Under the pieces are notes generated by a model. The model did no database searches. It saw nothing but the letters and a program-made list of their open reading frames with translations, and had not been told where the DNA came from. Position numbers and translations under genes: made by a program. A stretch of DNA of 64,000 nucleotides from Thermoanaerobaculia bacterium. GTDB taxonomy: Bacteria > Acidobacteriota > Thermoanaerobaculia > Gp7-AA8. Of this stretch, positions 60,429-64,000 are shown piece after piece. Position 1 is the stretch's first letter, and the number at the start of each line of letters is the position of its first letter. The stretch covers positions 8,546 through 72,545 of the forward strand of contig DATKCD010000073.1 of assembly GCA_035544735.1 (NCBI GenBank), given 5' to 3'.

Positions 60429-60520
60429 TGGATTCGAGCTCTCAGCCTCTCCCGGACCGCCGGGCGAGACCCGAGGTCTGAGAGCGGACAGCTGAGAGCG
60501 AAGACGGAGGTATTCCAGAA

Positions 60521-61714
<1,194 letters not shown>

Positions 61715-61788
61715 TGAAAAAACGGGGCGCGGCCTACCAGCCGCGCCCCGTTGCCGCTGCGGCGGCAGTTCCATTGAGGATCGAGACG

Positions 61789-62103
61789 ATGAACGAGAAG
61801 ATTCGCATCCGCCTGAAGGCCTACGATTACCGGGTCCTGGACCAGTCCACCTCGGAGATCGTCGACACCGCGAAACGCACCGGGGCCAGAGTGGCGGGGC
61901 CCATTCCGCTGCCGACGCAGATCTCGCGCTACACCGTGCTTCGCAGCCCGCACGTGGACAAGAAGTCGCGCGAGCAGTTCGAGATGCGGACGCACAAGCG
62001 GCTTCTCGACATCCTGGAGCCGACCACCCAGACGGTCGACGCCCTGATGAAGCTCGAGCTGCCGGCGGGCGTCGACGTCGAGATCAAGGCCTTCGGGAAG
62101 TAG
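61789..62103 (+). CDS. rpsJ: 30S ribosomal protein S10
   Basis: [16 protein letters not shown]... Confidence 0.95.
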   Translation: MNEKIRIRLKAYDYRVLDQSTSEIVDTAKRTGARVAGPIPLPTQISRYTVLRSPHVDKKSREQFEMRTHKRLLDILEPTTQTVDALMKLELPAGVDVEIKAFGK

Positions 62104-62155
62104 TCCCGGGGCACGCGACACATGAGCCGGCCGGTCCGGTTCCAAGGTGACTGAG

Positions 62156-62794
62156 ATGATTCGAGGATTGATTGGCAAAAAGGTCGGAATGACCCAGGTC
62201 TTCGCCGAAGACGGCCAGCTCGTGCCGGTGACGGTGGTGCAGGCCGGCCCCTGCCTGGTCGTACAGAAGAAGACCGCCGAGAGCGACGGCTACGACGCCG
62301 TTCAGGTCGGCCTGGTGGAGAAGGTTTCGAACCGCCGGATGAACCAGCCGATGAAGGGGCGCTTCGACAAGGCCGGCGTCCCTCCCACGCGGACCCTCGC
62401 CGAGTTCGAGTACGACGGCGACGCGAACGTGGGGGACCGCGTGTTGGTCGACATCTTCCAGCCGGGCGACACGATCGACGTGATCGGCCGCTCGAAGGGG
62501 AAGGGGTTCCAGGGCGTGGTGAAGCGTCACGGATTCGCCGGAGGCCGGGCCTCGCACGGCTCGATGTTCCACCGCGCTCCCGGCTCGATCGGCGCCTCGG
62601 CCTTTCCTTCCCGCGTCATGAAGGGGATGCGGATGGGCGGCCGCATGGGCGGCGATCAGGTGACGGTCAAGAATCTCCGCGTCACGAAGATCGACCCGGA
62701 GAACAACCTGATCTACATCCGCGGGGCGGTTCCGGGCGGTCGCAACGCCGTCGTGGTGATCCGCCATGCCGGCAACGGAAAGGCCGGGGAGTAG
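62156..62794 (+). CDS. rplC: 50S ribosomal protein L3
   Basis: [13 protein letters not shown]... Confidence 0.95.
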   Translation: MIRGLIGKKVGMTQVFAEDGQLVPVTVVQAGPCLVVQKKTAESDGYDAVQVGLVEKVSNRRMNQPMKGRFDKAGVPPTRTLAEFEYDGDANVGDRVLVDIFQPGDTIDVIGRSKGKGFQGVVKRHGFAGGRASHGSMFHRAPGSIGASAFPSRVMKGMRMGGRMGGDQVTVKNLRVTKIDPENNLIYIRGAVPGGRNAVVVIRHAGNGKAGE

Positions 62795-62796
62795 CC

Positions 62797-63420
62797 ATGC
62801 CGAAGATCGACGTCAAGGACATGCAGAGCAGGAAGGTCGGCTCGGTCGAGCTGCCGGACGAGGTGTTCGGGTATCCGTACAAGGAGCACCTGATCCACGA
62901 AGCGGTGCGGAACCATCTCGCCTCGCTGCGCGCCGGCACGCACAAGACGAAGGTCCGCTCGGAAGTGGCGGGATCGGGCAGGAAGCCGTTTCGGCAGAAG
63001 GGGACGGGGCGCGCTCGGCAGGGCGGAAACCGTCCGCCAATTCATCGACACGGCGGGACCGCGTTCGGGCCGGTACCGCGCGACTATTCCTACAAGATGA
63101 ACGTGCGCGAGAAGAAGGCGGCGCTCAAGTCGGCGCTGAGCTTCAAGATGAAGCACGGAAAGATCCTGGCGCTGCGGGCGCTCGATCTCGACGAGCCGAA
63201 GACCCGGATCCTGGTCGAGCGGCTCGCCTCGTTCGGAGTCGAGGGAAAGACGCTGATCGTCGACTCGCTCGACAACGTGAACGTCGTCCTCGCCTCGCGC
63301 AACCATCCGGAGTGGCGGATGGTCGACCCGCTCCACATGAACGTGTACGACGTGGTCGACAGCAGGTTCATTCTCATCAGTGAGGCGGCCCTGCAGACGC
63401 TGACGGAGGTGCTGTCGTGA
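62797..63420 (+). CDS. rplD: 50S ribosomal protein L4
   Basis: L4 family collinearity. Confidence 0.95.
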   Translation: MPKIDVKDMQSRKVGSVELPDEVFGYPYKEHLIHEAVRNHLASLRAGTHKTKVRSEVAGSGRKPFRQKGTGRARQGGNRPPIHRHGGTAFGPVPRDYSYKMNVREKKAALKSALSFKMKHGKILALRALDLDEPKTRILVERLASFGVEGKTLIVDSLDNVNVVLASRNHPEWRMVDPLHMNVYDVVDSRFILISEAALQTLTEVLS

Positions 63421-63707
63421 ACAGCCACCAGATCATCCGCCGCCCTCTGGTGACCGAGAAGAGCACCGGCATGAAGGAGAGCGGGAACGTCATCGCGTTC
63501 GAAGTCTCGCCGGATGCGAACAAGATTCAGGTCAAGAAGGCCGTGGAAGAGCTCTTCAAGGTGAAGGTGGCCGAAGTCCGGCTGCTGAACGTACGGGGAA
63601 AGATGAAGCGGCTCGGGCGGTTCGCCGGGCGGCGCCGCGACTGGCGCAAGGCCTACGTGAAGCTCGCCGCAGGGGAGAAGGCCCCGGAGTTCTTCGAGGG
63701 AGTATGA
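63417..63707 (+). CDS. rplW: 50S ribosomal protein L23
   Basis: L23 family collinearity. Overlaps the rplD stop. Confidence 0.95.
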   Translation: MNSHQIIRRPLVTEKSTGMKESGNVIAFEVSPDANKIQVKKAVEELFKVKVAEVRLLNVRGKMKRLGRFAGRRRDWRKAYVKLAAGEKAPEFFEGV

Positions 63708-63777
63708 CGATCCGATGAGCGAGCGGTGACGAGTCCCTTTCGACTCTTCACTCGCGGCTCGGAAGAACGAGGACATT

Positions 63778-64000
63778 ATGCCTGTCAAGACGTACAAGCC
63801 GACTTCGCCGGGGATCCGGTTCAGCTCGCGCCCGTCGTTCGAGACGCTGACCGCGGATGAGCCGCAGAAGGCGCTCACGCGCGGCAAGACCCGGAGCGGC
63901 GGCAGGAACAACAAGGGGCGGGTGACCTCGCGCTTCATCGGCGGGGGACACAAGCGGCGCTACCGCGAGATCGATTTCCGCCGCGACAACCACGGCGTGC
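63778..64000 (+). CDS. rplB: 50S ribosomal protein L2 (5' partial, runs off window)
   Basis: MPVKTYKPTSPGIRF... Confidence 0.9.
   Translation, partial: MPVKTYKPTSPGIRFSSRPSFETLTADEPQKALTRGKTRSGGRNNKGRVTSRFIGGGHKRRYREIDFRRDNHGV

Overview
This is a high-GC (~70%) bacterial chromosomal segment with frequent GTG/TTG starts; the phylum cannot be assigned from sequence alone. Most of the window is conserved housekeeping synteny. (1) 1-4.7 kb: a DinG/XPD-type FeS helicase, an FCY1-like cytosine deaminase, a ~400-bp inverted array of 9-bp tandem repeats, a ClpX-like AAA+ ATPase lacking the zinc-binding domain, and ComEA. (2) 4.8-7 kb: a prepilin-type protein and a membrane alkaline-phosphatase-superfamily protein. 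(3) 7.1-12 kb: a two-gene candidate defense module, a large Eco57I/PglX/DrmMI-like N6-adenine DNA methyltransferase with a specificity domain, translationally coupled to a SNF2-family helicase. (4) 12-25 kb: a secreted protein with a sigma-54-like promoter placed divergently from an orphan NtrC-type activator; DUF192; a rhomboid-like protein; QueD; a thioesterase; DUF1028; a J-domain protein; a SigR/RsrA-like ECF sigma and zinc anti-sigma pair; RdgB; a hydrolase; coaE; folD. (5) 26-48 kb: rplM-rpsI, rpsB-tsf-pyrH-frr, ispD-ispF, gltX, pyrD, rlmB, a tRNA(Thr-Tyr-Gly-Thr)-rpmG-tRNA(Trp)-secE-nusG-rplKAJL-rpoBC supercluster, with a double zinc-ribbon insertion in rpoB. (6) 48-57 kb: a ~9-kb insertion between rpoC and rpsL that carries proline dehydrogenase, a DinB-family protein, a membrane hydrolase, an LDH-family dehydrogenase and three tandem, translationally coupled GT-C-like membrane glycosyltransferase paralogs. 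(7) 57-64 kb: rpsL-rpsG-fusA-tuf and the start of the S10 operon. Many long ORFs in the track are alternate-frame artefacts of the GC-rich sequence and were rejected.
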